From the human T2T-CHM13v2.0 reference genome, Homo sapiens: DNA of 64,000 nt. Below, one piece after another: positions 15,380 to 28,299 of the stretch. Positions within the stretch are counted from its first letter, which is position 1. Each line of letters begins with the position of its first letter. A program made the translations under genes and the position numbers. The notes beneath the pieces were generated by a model. The model was not told the origin of the DNA, did no database searches, and saw only the letters and a program-made list of their open reading frames with translations. The DNA is taken from NCBI RefSeq assembly GCF_009914755.1, contig NC_060926.1. One strand, given 5' to 3'.

Positions 15380-16888
15380 CTACAAAAATTTATACAGATT
15401 AAACTTTTTTATAAAAAAGTGAAGAAAAACATATAACAGAAAAACAAGGATTGCAATGGGATTTAAAATATAGCCAATCACTCTCTGATTATTCCTTAAT
15501 ATGTACTCTCTAAAGAAAGAAAAAAAATTCATTAACATTTGGAAAGCTCTTAATTTCTCAAATTGATCATATGAAGACAACAACGAATAGACTTGAGCAT
15601 TTGCAGCTTCCCAAACATTTCAGCACAATGATACACCAGTCTAGAGGTACCGACTGTTAATATCTTTAGTGTGCTATTCTAATAATGAATAAAACTAAGG
15701 AAAGATAGGGAAGTGAATTCATAAACAGATGTCTGCTATTAAAGGAAGTAACTGGAGTGGGAAGAAAAAAGGGGGATTGAATCCATAATAGTTGTCATAT
15801 ACTTAATAATCTTGTGTGTATCTTAAGTATAGTACATGCTATTTGAATTAGGCTTTGCAATTTATAAAAGTCATTCACAGATGCTACTTCATTGGATAAG
15901 TACCTCTAAATTTTAGGAAAATAACCACTTAAGTGCTCCCAACGATATCCATTCTATCAATGTCACAGATTTTAAAAGTGAAAAAAAAAATGAAAACACA
16001 TGATATCAAATAGATTATGTTTAAAGCGCATTTCAGGTGACCACGGGGTGGAGCTCTCATGGGTTTAGAGCTGCTGGCTGAGGAAATCAACCCAGTGAGT
16101 GAGGTAGTGAATAGGAACTGAAACAATGACCACGCTCTGTATAAGCTCCAGGTAGATAAAATTGACTGGACTGCTGAGTAATAACAGCTGCCATTAAAGA
16201 GGAAACTAAGGAAACATCGTTATTTTAAGGCCAGTCAGCTTCGGCAGTCAAGAACTTCCTAGAGGTCTGAACTGGCAACATCCCAGAGGCTCCCCACCAA
16301 ATACAGAAACAGCTTACAGAACAGTTGAACTTTGCCTCTAGGAAGAACACAGGCCAGCTCTGCCTGCCATTTGACTTGGTTCTTTCCTTATCTGTGCACC
16401 AATCTAAAAACTCTGGCACATGTTAGCTTCAACCTTTGGGTTTCATCTGCTTTTGAAAATCTCTTTGCCCAGACCTAGGCCTAACGATTATGAGCTAATG
16501 TTGGAAGGTGGCCAGAGATGGTTGTACATGCTAATGCCTCAGAAACAAGGCAGGGGCCATCTCAAAAAGCAGGGACAAAACAAAGGACAAAAAACAGGAG
16601 GTCTCCACAAACAACTCAATCTGACTAAAGAGAGGCTCAAAAGGTAATATGCAGGAGAGGAACTCTTCATGTTCCTTTAAATGACCTCTCACATATGCTG
16701 CTGTTTCCTATAAACCTGCAGAAAAGTCATTTGCCAATATTTATTTTCCATGGTATTAAATAAGCATGAATGTATTTATGAAATACGTTATAAAAAATAA
16801 ACATAAGTTCTGGAGTCACAAAGATACGTGTATACATATAACGATAAAAAATATTTAGAGTTGAATGTTAATACTGATTAATACTTAC

Positions 16889-17001
16889 TCTATATGATTT
16901 TTAACTTTCTTTCTGATCTGACATTTGGATGGTTTTGATTTACCCCTAAAACACTGAACTAGAAAATTAAAGCAAAATAGTTTGTTTATCTTTTTGCCCA
17001 T
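16889..17001 (-). CDS. PDE1A: PDE1A alternative first coding exon (113 nt coding part), N-terminus MGKKINKLFCFNFLVQCFRGKSKPSKCQIRKKVKNHI(E)
   Basis: ATG at 17001 is preceded by in-frame stops (TAG, TAA). The frame is open for 37 codons plus GA, then a consensus donor GA|GTAAGT at 16888. Phase 2 joins exon 15197-15379 in frame (GA+A=Glu, then RLLDTEDE). It matches my recollection of a short-N-terminus PDE1A splice variant. Confidence 0.9.
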
Positions 17002-17162
17002 TTGAAATTAGATTCCCTAGCCCATTTCAGCAAGTCACTAAACTTCATGGCTTGAAAATATCACTACTTTAAAGATAATGCCATTTCTACTATCTCTTAT
17101 GCAGTGATCAGATACAGGGTAGGTAGAACAAGTGGAATAGGAATCATTGTGGTGTAATCTTG

Positions 17163-17170
17163 TGATGTCA
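17163..17170. promoter_or_regulatory. CRE-like site TGATGTCA (TGACATCA on minus) upstream of the alternative first exon
   Basis: 7/8 match to the CRE palindrome TGACGTCA, about 160 nt upstream of the ATG at 17001. Function is inferred from position only. Confidence 0.4.
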
Positions 17171-17579
17171 CCATGCTCCAAGCATTCCACTGCAGCCTAG
17201 TTTTGTCAGCTAATCTCCTTAGAATGACAGAAACCTGGCTGATGGTGCCAATTCCTCCACAGTAAATTTCATGTTGATGGCTTTAAGGCTATATGTCCTA
17301 TACTCATAAATGATCCAAGAGAGCTCACCAAACATGACAAAACCAGCATATGGAAGTGATATTCCACATAGTAGAGTGGTACTTAGGAGGCTGGAAATCC
17401 TTAGTCGTGATGCATGAGGTCATCTACTGAGAAGAAAGTGCATATAATTTTAGGGAGAAATAATGATACGGATTAATTAGGGACACACAAATAAAGGACA
17501 ACAGTGTGTTAAGGGAAGAGCATGGAATATGCTATTGTGTAACTTGAAAAGGGAATCTTGAAAAGGCAACAACTACCTC

Positions 17580-17971
17580 CGTGAGGTTTAATTTTATGTG
17601 TCACCATAGGTAGGTTATGGTGGCCAGTCATTTGGTCAAACACCAATTTAAATGTCGCTGTGAAAGTATTTTTTAGATGTGATTAACATTTAAATCAGTA
17701 GACTTTGAATAAAGCAGATTACCCTCTAAATTATGGGTAAGCCTCATCTAATCAGTTGAAAACCTTAAGAAAAAAGATTAAGGTCCCCCAAAGAGAAAGG
17801 AATTCAGCTTCCAGAACGCCTTTGAAATCAAGACTGCAACAATGGCTCCTGCCAGGGTTTCCAGCCTGCCAGTTTGCTTTGCAAATTTCAGACTTGCCAG
17901 CACCAATAATCACATGAGCCCATTCCTTAAAATACATATCTCACTCTCTCTCTCCTCTCTCCTCTCCTCCC

Positions 17972-18044
<73 letters not shown>

Positions 18045-18070
18045 TGTGTTGTGTAGCTGTTGGTTTGGAT
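17580..18070 (+). mobile_element. MLT2-family (ERVL) solo LTR with (TC)n(TG)n expansion
   Basis: TTAATTTTATGTGTCA..., GTGATTAACATTTAAATCAGTAGACTTTGA.TAAAGCAGATTACCCTC, CTCATCTAATCAGTTGAA and TTTCAGACTTGCCAGC...CATTCCTTAAAATA match the MLT2B/D pattern. Confidence 0.85.
17939..18050. repeat. Compound (TC)n-(TG)n microsatellite
   Basis: About 70 nt of TC-rich tract directly abutting about 40 nt of TG repeat. Confidence 0.95.
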
Positions 18071-18329
18071 AAGAAATCATCTTTCCATCATTTATGAATG
18101 CTGCGTGATAACTACCAGTGTAGGTTATAAATAAAATAGAATATAAAGACTCAGTTCTCTATTAATATTCATTTAATAGAACATACCAGTCCTATTTCTC
18201 ATGTAAAAATCCTATTTGCAATGAAATAAAATGCCTTTTTAGCAATTATAAATCTAAACACCATACTGTTTAAACATTACAGAATTATTGTCAAACTAAA
18301 TGAAGTGATTAAAAATTGAAAAAATGAGA

Positions 18330-18800
18330 ATGATCCCTTATCAGGTAGAACTTATATTTTAAAAGAAAGACTAAAAATAAAATAAGAATTATGACATAAG
18401 GTTAATTATGTGAGGAAACACTATGTTAGATAAGATGATCAGATAGTTAAGACCTGAACAATGAGGAAGTATTAGTTATAGGAAAGTCTGGGGGAAGTCT
18501 GTTCTATCTATTCCAGATAGAAAGAAGGGCAAGTACAAAGGCCCGAGGCATGATCAGTATTGGCATGTTTGAGGAACAGGAAGGAGGCCAAATGTGGCTG
18601 GAGTATACTGACTGAGAGAGAGAGTGACCCAAGTTGGGAGGCAAACATAGGTATAAGTAAGCTAATATCAGGCCTTGGAAGGATTCTGTCATATTTGCAA
18701 TGGCAGGTCATTGAATTATTTTAAGCAGGATGTGATATGATTTATGTATCTAAAAGACCAATGTGCATGCTGTGAGAGGAATAGACAAAGTTGTAAGAAT
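18330..18800 (-). mobile_element. Degraded L2 LINE
   Basis: ATTCCAGATAGAAAGAAGGGCAAGTACAAAGGCCCGAGGCA...GGCATGTTTGAGGAACAGGAAGGAGGCCA..GTGGCTGGAG is a typical antisense L2 segment. Confidence 0.7.
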
Positions 18801-18891
18801 GGTGTTTTGAGTTTAGTTAGTTTAGTTAACTGAGCACAATTGCAAAAATGGTCTTTCATTTTGGAAGTTCACTACTTTTCAAAGACCGTAA

Positions 18892-19290
<399 letters not shown>

Positions 19291-20284
19291 TCAGACTATA
19301 CATTTTTTTCTGTTCCATTTGTTTGGTTCTCTTCTTCAGGGAAATGGATTATGCCTATCAGAGATCTCTTTTATCTAGTTTCCATATCTATCATTTTTCC
19401 ACTAAACTTTTTTTGAAAAATTAATGTCTTGATCTTATCCTGTTTTGTTTACCTTTTTCTTTTTTTTTTAAACTTTAAAGTATTTTATTTGTCAAACACT
19501 CTACTGTGTTTTCAGTTATGTCTCTTTTAAGTTTTGTGGCTTATGGCTTGGCTGTCTCTACAGGGTAGCCTCATTTTCCTCCTCCATTTGCTGACTGAGT
19601 TATGTGTACCCATGTTTCACCTCCTTGTATTATCATATTATTTACCTCTTGAAACCTTTTTCTTTATTTTAATTGTATTATTTTTTTCTACAGAATTGAT
19701 GATTTCATTAAGTTCTTGAGTTCATAGGATGAGCTCACAGATTTGTACATTCCTCTGGCATGGGTTCTTTGTCATGTGTTTTTCCCTATCTTTTCCACCT
19801 TTGTTCTTGTGGTATTTTTTTATATGGATTCCATGTTGGTTTCTTTTTGAAAATTGTTCATTCTTGTATGAGAGAACTTCTTTCCAAATCAGAAGGTTGA
19901 AGAGAAGGACCAGGAGAATGTGTACAGCAGAAAAGAAGTGAGTCTGGGTATGAGTTCAGTTGTATGTCTCTGTGTGCAAGAACTGACTTAACTTTCTCTT
20001 CAGCTGACAGAAATAGTAGCTGCAGGTCTGTTTCTCAAAGATTTTTCTCTGCTCTACAGCCCAGTTACAACAATGGCCTTTGAGATCTTCATCTGCCTAT
20101 GCATGCATCTCTGCTACTCCAGTGTGTGAAATGGGGGAAGCCTCCAAAGCCAGCCAACTTAACTTGACCTTTTTATTCTCCTCAAGAAGTTTTTAATTTT
20201 TCCTTTTTGAATAAGCATGATTACCTAGAGAACTCTGTACTATGCTATCCCTGCCTGAAAGCCACAATCTCAGGCAGCTTCTTC

Positions 20285-21040
20285 ATTTAGACTTTATTTT
20301 TTAGGCTTACAGAAAAATCGAGTGTATAGTACAGAGAATTCCCATTCATCTCATCTCCACCCCCACCTTCACAGTTCCCATATTACTGACATCTGGTATT
20401 ATTGTGGTACAGTTATTTCAGTTGATGAGCCAATGTTAATACATAATTATTAATTAACATCCATAGTTTCTATGAGGACTCACACTTTCTGTTGTACATT
20501 CTATGGGTTTTGATAAATGTGTAATGACATATGTCTACCATTACAGTATCATACAGGGTAGTTCCACTGCCCTAAAAAAAATCCCTATACTTCATCTATT
20601 CAACCTTCCTTCCTTCCCTCACCTCTGGTCCCTGACAACCACTATCTTTTTGCTGTCTCCTTAGTTTGGCCTTTTCCAGACCATCAGATACTTAGTATCA
20701 TATAGTAAAAGGCTAGACTTTTTAATATTGGTTTATTCCACTTGGTAATATGCATTTTTCTCCATGTCTTTTCATGGCTTGATAGCTAAATTCTTTATAT
20801 TGCTAAATAATTCTATTGTGTGCATAGATAGTCTATGCATTCTACTATTGAAGGACATCTTGATTGCTCCAAGGTTTGACAATTATGAATAAAGCTCCTA
20901 TAAACAGGTACAGCTTTTTTCAACTCATTTGAGTAAATGCCAAGGAACACAATGGCTGGATGGTATCATAGTGTTTAGTTTTGCAAAAACTGCTAAACTT
21001 TCTTGCTATACCATTTTGTATTCCCACCTGTAACGAATGA
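20285..21040 (-). mobile_element. Old L1 (L1MC-like) 3' fragment
   Basis: GTACAGAGAATTCCCAT, GTTGTACATTCTATGGGTTTTGATAAATGT and CCATTACAGTATCATACAG are characteristic of L1MC 3' ends in antisense. Confidence 0.75.
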
Positions 21041-21049
21041 GCCAGAGGC

Positions 21050-22010
<961 letters not shown>

Positions 22011-23144
22011 ACTGAATGGCTATAAAGTGTCTAGAAATATTTACATTAGACTAATTGTAACTGATTACCTTCATGAGTGGAGTAAGGATGGAAATGGTAG
22101 AAGTTTTAATGTATACTCCTGTGCAATTTGATTGATATAATCAAATTTATTGCTGCTTATGCAGCAACAACATCTTGGGAGCAAATTCACTGCTGCCAAT
22201 CATCTCCTTCATTGCCTTTAGATTAAGTTGTTCCTGAATAATCATGTTGCATATTATTGAAACAAATTGTGGGGAAACATATATATTTGGTGTAGAAAAA
22301 AAAAACTAAACATTTTTGATAGCATTTTAAAGTCACAGGAAAGAAAACTTAAAAAAAGTATGCATTGTTTATATGCCTTTAGCCAAGAAACTCAGTATTT
22401 CTGTCAAATATTAGCTCTTTTATGCTCATTTATCACATAGAGAAGAGTAAGAAACTTCTAATGAAGACATAAGTAAGTGTTCACAGGTTCATTAAGATGG
22501 TTATTCCAGTTTGGAGAGAAGAAAGTTGAAAAACAGGTAGATCAAACCTAAATTTGAATAAATTTTGAAAATAAACTAATAAACCTAAAGACATATTTCT
22601 CCCTACTCCCCTCCATTTACCTCTTCTTACTTATTCATTTTCCCTTTCCCTCGTACCCGCCTTGTACTCTGTGTCTTCTTCCGTCTGATCAACATGAGCA
22701 GCTCCTCAAGTTTCATCTGACCACGCTAGACAGTGCAGGAACAAAAACTATAATGTAATATGGACTAGTCATTGTCATCCTGTACTTTTTCACGGGCAGA
22801 GAATTATTATAAAGAATTTTCCTATACATTTATCTAAGACATGAAAATATCTGAATACTTGTATAAGATTATGCCACATGTAAAACATATATTTTGTCCT
22901 CATTTCATTTTTGAAAGAAATTTGTGCAAGGAGGATGATAAAATAGGATCTCAACTATCATAGTTAATTTTGTTTTACAAACATCTAATAGCTTCATTGC
23001 TCTTTATTCTAATGTTAAAGGGCAGAGTGTGCATAATCATTTACATTGTAAATGCTTTTTAAAAATGAAGACTTTGTTTTTAAGAAACATACAACGTGAA
23101 AAAATGATGACTGGTACATTTTCCTTAGGAATTCTTAAAATGTG

Positions 23145-23370
23145 TCAAGACCAGCCTGGCCAACATGGTGAAACCTTTTCTCTACTACAGATACAAAAAT
23201 TTAGCTGGGTGTGGTGTTGCATGCTTGCAATCTCAGCTACTGGGGAGGCTGAGACAGGAGAATCACTTGAACCCAGAACCAGAGGTTACAGTGAGCCAAG
23301 ATCACACCACTGCACTCCAGCCTGGGCCACAAGAGCAAGACTGTCAAAAAAAAAAAAAAAGGAAAAAAGC
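23145..23370 (+). mobile_element. 5'-truncated Alu (AluS-type)
   Basis: Begins at TCAAGACCAGCCTGGCC. TSD AATTCTTAAAA(T/C)GTG at 23130-23144 and 23371-23385 shows the truncation happened at insertion. Confidence 0.92.
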
Positions 23371-26300
23371 AATTCTTAAAACGTGCTATACAGAAAAAGA
23401 AACGATAAGGAATATATGTGTAAAATGTTACCACTGTTTACCTCTGAAAAATGCTCCCACTGGTGTTTGATACGACTTTAGTTTTTGTCCCAGTGGAGTC
23501 AATAAAGCATAAAGTCAAGAGTTTCTAAACACGACCTGGGTGCAGATGGCAGCCGGTGAACTGTGAAAGCTGACCCTGCATCCAATCTGTGACTCAACTA
23601 ATCCTTCGGAGCTATTTATAATCATAATTTTCTCTTGAAATCAGATGACATAACTCCCAAAGGGCTTATATTTTGAACTAAAAAGTTTGCAGGGAAGGGA
23701 AGTAAAGAAGGAGGCGGCCACGGAAGGAGAGGTCATGGGATTTTGACTCTTACAATCATATGTCAGTGAAAATATTTCTGTCCACAGTGGACTCTTGGAA
23801 AATGATTACATTCATGTACTGATGTGGTTATTTCTGGGCAATTGGTACCCGCAATTACACCTTCTAAGTGCTAAAATTCAAGTGCTAGGTGCAGTTAGGA
23901 GATACTGGTTTCTCAAGTTTGAAATGTTCCTTTCCTGCTTTACTATTCTTATAAAGGACATGTTTCACGCAGCAACGAACTCATTCAGTTCTTTCCCCTA
24001 ACATTTCATGGGCTCAGGGTAGGAGCATATTTCATCCAAATACCATTTAACTAAGTATTTTAAAGTTATATATCAGGTGACTAAACTGCTATATGTTCTA
24101 TCCTTCTACCTTTTAATAAGTTTCATAAAAGACAGACAAGTTGGGTGAACTGAAAGTTCTCAGCTCCTTGTGTGACAGCGCTGGGCCAGCAACCTGCAGC
24201 TCCACTCTGCACCACAGGTGGAAACCTCAGCCCCCAAGTACAGTCTCCATCAACCTACCTAGCTTTGAAAGGAGCTGCTTCTTGGCCACTCCTTGGTTTG
24301 AAAGGGTACAAACACCAATAGCGTCCTGGGTCCCTTGAGAGGAAAGACCTAATAAGAAAGCCCAGTAAGATGTAGGAGACAGGCTTGGGGACCTTTGGGT
24401 AGAGAATGCTGGGGTCTTCTGCCCAAAATAAGGTAAAGGAACATACTGGGAAGAGCAGGGAATTCCAGGGTCCTACAGTATCTGGAGGGGGAAGAGGGCC
24501 ATGAGCTTCAGGTTCTTCTTGGTCTTGCGGGGCACACCATGGGGAGAGGAACACCAAAGAGAGCCCTTGTCAGGCCCCCTGAAGTGGGGAATCGTGCCCT
24601 GGGAAGCAGCTTCACTGGCCTGGGGCTAAAGGTGGTACTGAACTCATATGTTGCGAATATCTTCCAGGACAGCTGGAGGAATTAAGGGTGGTTCATCTTT
24701 CCATAGTAGGAATACTCTTGTTGGAGTAAGTGGTTTCCTCCTAGGAGAGTCCATTAGTATTATTTCTTTGATTAACCTATGTCTGCGTTCTGAGCTGCTT
24801 GTACCCTTCTTCACCCTTACCCCCCAACCCCCCACCAAAAAACAGAAAACAAACCAAAACTCTAAAGGTAACACCAATCCTTCACTCAGGCTTCAGAACT
24901 GTTTGAGGATCGATATAGATGATAATGCCAGCTGCTTTATTGCTTTCTTACTAAGAACCAGGCAAGAAACCAAGCTTTAGCTTATTTAATCCTCATAATA
25001 CCACCATGAGAAAGATCTAATTATTATTGCTACTTCTATTTTACTGATAAATAGACTGAGGCACAGATGTCTTGAGTGATTTGTGCAAAGTCATTCAACC
25101 AGGAGTGTCCATGTCACATTTTTTGGTCATGTATGTCTGGTTTCAGGGTCTGAGTTACTGATTGATAAGTTATCCTCCACTTTAAACGCATTTTTTTCAT
25201 ACTGAGTACCCAGACTGCCTTCACATTCGGTCAATGCTAATGCCAGTAATCATTTTCTCTATCTCCTCTCTGCCTTGAAACTTATGGTTAAAAAGAATTG
25301 ATCTTAAAAAGTCTTAAAGGAGTTTGATCTGTCTTGATCTGTCAGGAAATCTTTAGTTGGAGGAAGCTTGAATTTAATTTCCAGTGCTAGTATGTTGAAT
25401 TGTTTTCTCATAGAGAAATATATCTGGATGACAAAATTTCAGGACACTTTGAAGTACAATAAATTAAATGTCAGGATGGAAATAGGTAATACATTTGAAA
25501 TGCCATATCTACTTGTCAGTAACCTACTTACTAAGTGCTAAATACATTTGAATTATTTCTTTCAGGCCACCACTGAAGCATGTTTATTTATTCCCTGTTT
25601 TGTTCCAAAAAGTATTTAAAATGGCAAGCTTACCAATTTATCTCAATAGCTTTTTTTTTAAAAAAAGTTTCCTGATAGATTTGTTCAATGTTCCTCTGGT
25701 ATTGTTAGCCTCTCCTCGACCCAACTTTTTTTTTTAACTGTGAGAAGATGACCATTGTACATGAGTGACTATGAAGACTGAACTTTTGGGTGGAGAAGTC
25801 AGTTATGCCGACCTTAGCTCAATTCCCAAAAGGCAAATCTTGGCGTAAATGAGGTCAAGTAAGGATAATGTTGAAGTTAGATGTGGCTTTCTCCAAGGTA
25901 AGACCTACGGAGTGCTTGGTGCCTCCTCCATATCCAATCTAGGAAGCAAAGGTGGAGGCAGTGGAGGTCCTGTCCTCCAGGAGAGGCAGAAAGGACCCAA
26001 AGAATGTTGAGGGGAAGGGCCTGAGAAAGAGTCAAATTGCTTGGAGAGCTGGGATCAAGATTGTATTTTTGGAGTCATTTGGGGATGGAATTGGGATTAA
26101 TGGGTGAGGCAGAAAACTGCCCAAAGCCTTGCTGATGACTCTTGGCTTCCCACCAGGAAATCCTCTTGGCTCAAAAACATTTTTGAAAATATTCCATTAG
26201 GCATAGAGCCTAATGCTCCACTGATTAACAAATTTTGATTAATAAGCATCCTGTGTAGTTAGAAAGACTGCCTCTGGAGTCAAACTCCTGGCTTCATCAC

Positions 26301-26537
26301 CTATTGGCTGTGTAGTTTTGGAAGAAATATTTCATCCGCGTGAGACTTAGTTCCTTTATCAGTACAAAAAAAGGTTGGAATTGGGGCATTTTAGCACAAA
26401 GTTATCTCATTTACAACTTGGAACAACACTTGGGGCATAGTCTTGATAAGACCTTAAATTTCTAACCACCAAATTTCTAATGGTCTCTCTGTTTCTCTTT
26501 TTTTTGTGTATGGTCTCATTGTGACATCATCTAGAAG

Positions 26538-26717
26538 AGTAGTTTCAAATTGTTGTCACTAGACCAGAAGAATTAGCATCACCTGGGAACTTGTTAGAAA
26601 TGAAAGTTCCCATGCTGTAAGACCTATTGAATCAGAAAGTCTGGGAGTGAGGCCCAGCACCCTGGTTTAACAAGCCCTTCAGGTGATTTCAATGACTACT
26701 AAGGTTTGAGAACACTG
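26538..26717 (+). mobile_element. MER5A hAT-Charlie MITE
   Basis: AGCATCACCTGGGAACTTGTTAGAAATG..., GAATCAGAAAGTCTGGGAGTGAGGCCCAG and TTTAACAAGCCCTTCAGGTGATT...GTTTGAGAACACTG. Confidence 0.85.
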
Positions 26718-28299
26718 TTCTCCTTCATTCACAGCTTGCCAATTAATGGAAGCTCTATACCAAGAAAATACGATTTACTTATTTTCTATGACATGTGCTG
26801 AATGGCACTGCTTATTTCCTTATGCACATTATTTCACCGTCAGTGATGAGGCATGTTGGTGAATTATATCGGGAGGAACAGTCAGAAGAGTCCCCATGAA
26901 AGTATTTTAATTAATGAATCTTTTATAATGATGTTACAAATGGGAATTATCTGTATGTTACTTGACTGAGAACTAAAAAAGTCAATTTTCAACAGACCAT
27001 GGGTGGAGAATGTGTCCTTAGTAGAGCAGGGGTATATTTGGAAGACAAGAGTGTAAGGGGAGATAAGGAATATATTTCTTTCTACACCCATGAGGCCAAA
27101 ATAGTAGGGATGATGACAACTGGGAGGTAACGGTAGCCAAACAGAATAGCAAAATAAGTATCAGTGTATATAGTGTGTCCTTCACAAATATTTGTTGAAT
27201 AAATGAATAAAAGTATAAAAAACATAGGCATAGGGTCTCTGGTTTTAGGGATTTTTAAAATATTCAGGTATTTGCACTAGTTAGGTATTAGCCCAGATGA
27301 AGAATAAAGTCATTTTTATTTGCTTATTTTGATGCATATGTTGTATATGTCAATGTTTTTAGTCACATCCTGTTTAATGTAGAAAAAGATATTTTTCATG
27401 TGTAAAAATGTTTAAAAAAACAATTTAAAAAGTATTTTCTGTGATCCTGTAACTCTTTGTATATATGGTCAGCCATGAATTCACTCACTGACTCAAGTTG
27501 TAAATGACACACAATAACCTACCTGAAGGAGGGAAAAATCCATGTCCCATGGAAGGAAGAGAGACCCAGGAAAAGATAATAGAAGAATATGTGATAAGTC
27601 AGAGTAAAGTTTCCATTCCTGTGATTGTCCAAAGATACCCCAGATTAACGAAGAGTAGTCAGAAAGGAAGGCAGGAGAGATCTTGAGAAGGAACACTGGA
27701 TCCTGCCTGACCTCTAATCCAAGACAAACTGTGAGAAGGGTGGGAGCATGCCCCAGATAAGTTTCCAGGATCCTGCAGCAGAAGCCAGCTGAATGCCCCA
27801 CCCTATCCCCAGCCCCTACTCCTGGGTGGAGCCTGCAGGACGGCAAGGTCCCTGTGTGGAACTGACTAATGTGTGTCTACACAGATAGGCCTGAGACAGC
27901 CTCACAGATAATGGTGACTCCAGCTAGACTGATGGGGATGGAAATGAGATAAAAGAGATGGAGAGTAGACAGAAGAAAAATATATTGGGAAGTAGGCTAT
28001 ATAAATATAGTAAAGAATGTACAAACATCTTTGTATGTAGAAAAATGTAAGTCCCTCATTTCTAGTACTTGATACTTGCTCAAGAAACACCTATGTTGTT
28101 CGACTTTATGATGGGATCAGTGTTTTGAGGGTTACCTTGGAAACTTAACCTATTACCTCATTTCATGGGAAACTAGATTATGAATTATTAGTGGTTAACT
28201 TAGAAATCAAACATTTGCATTAGGATTTATTGTTAGGGTAAAGTGACTCCTGGGAAGGATTAGAGATGAAGAACATGAATTTGGAGCAAGTCCAACCTA

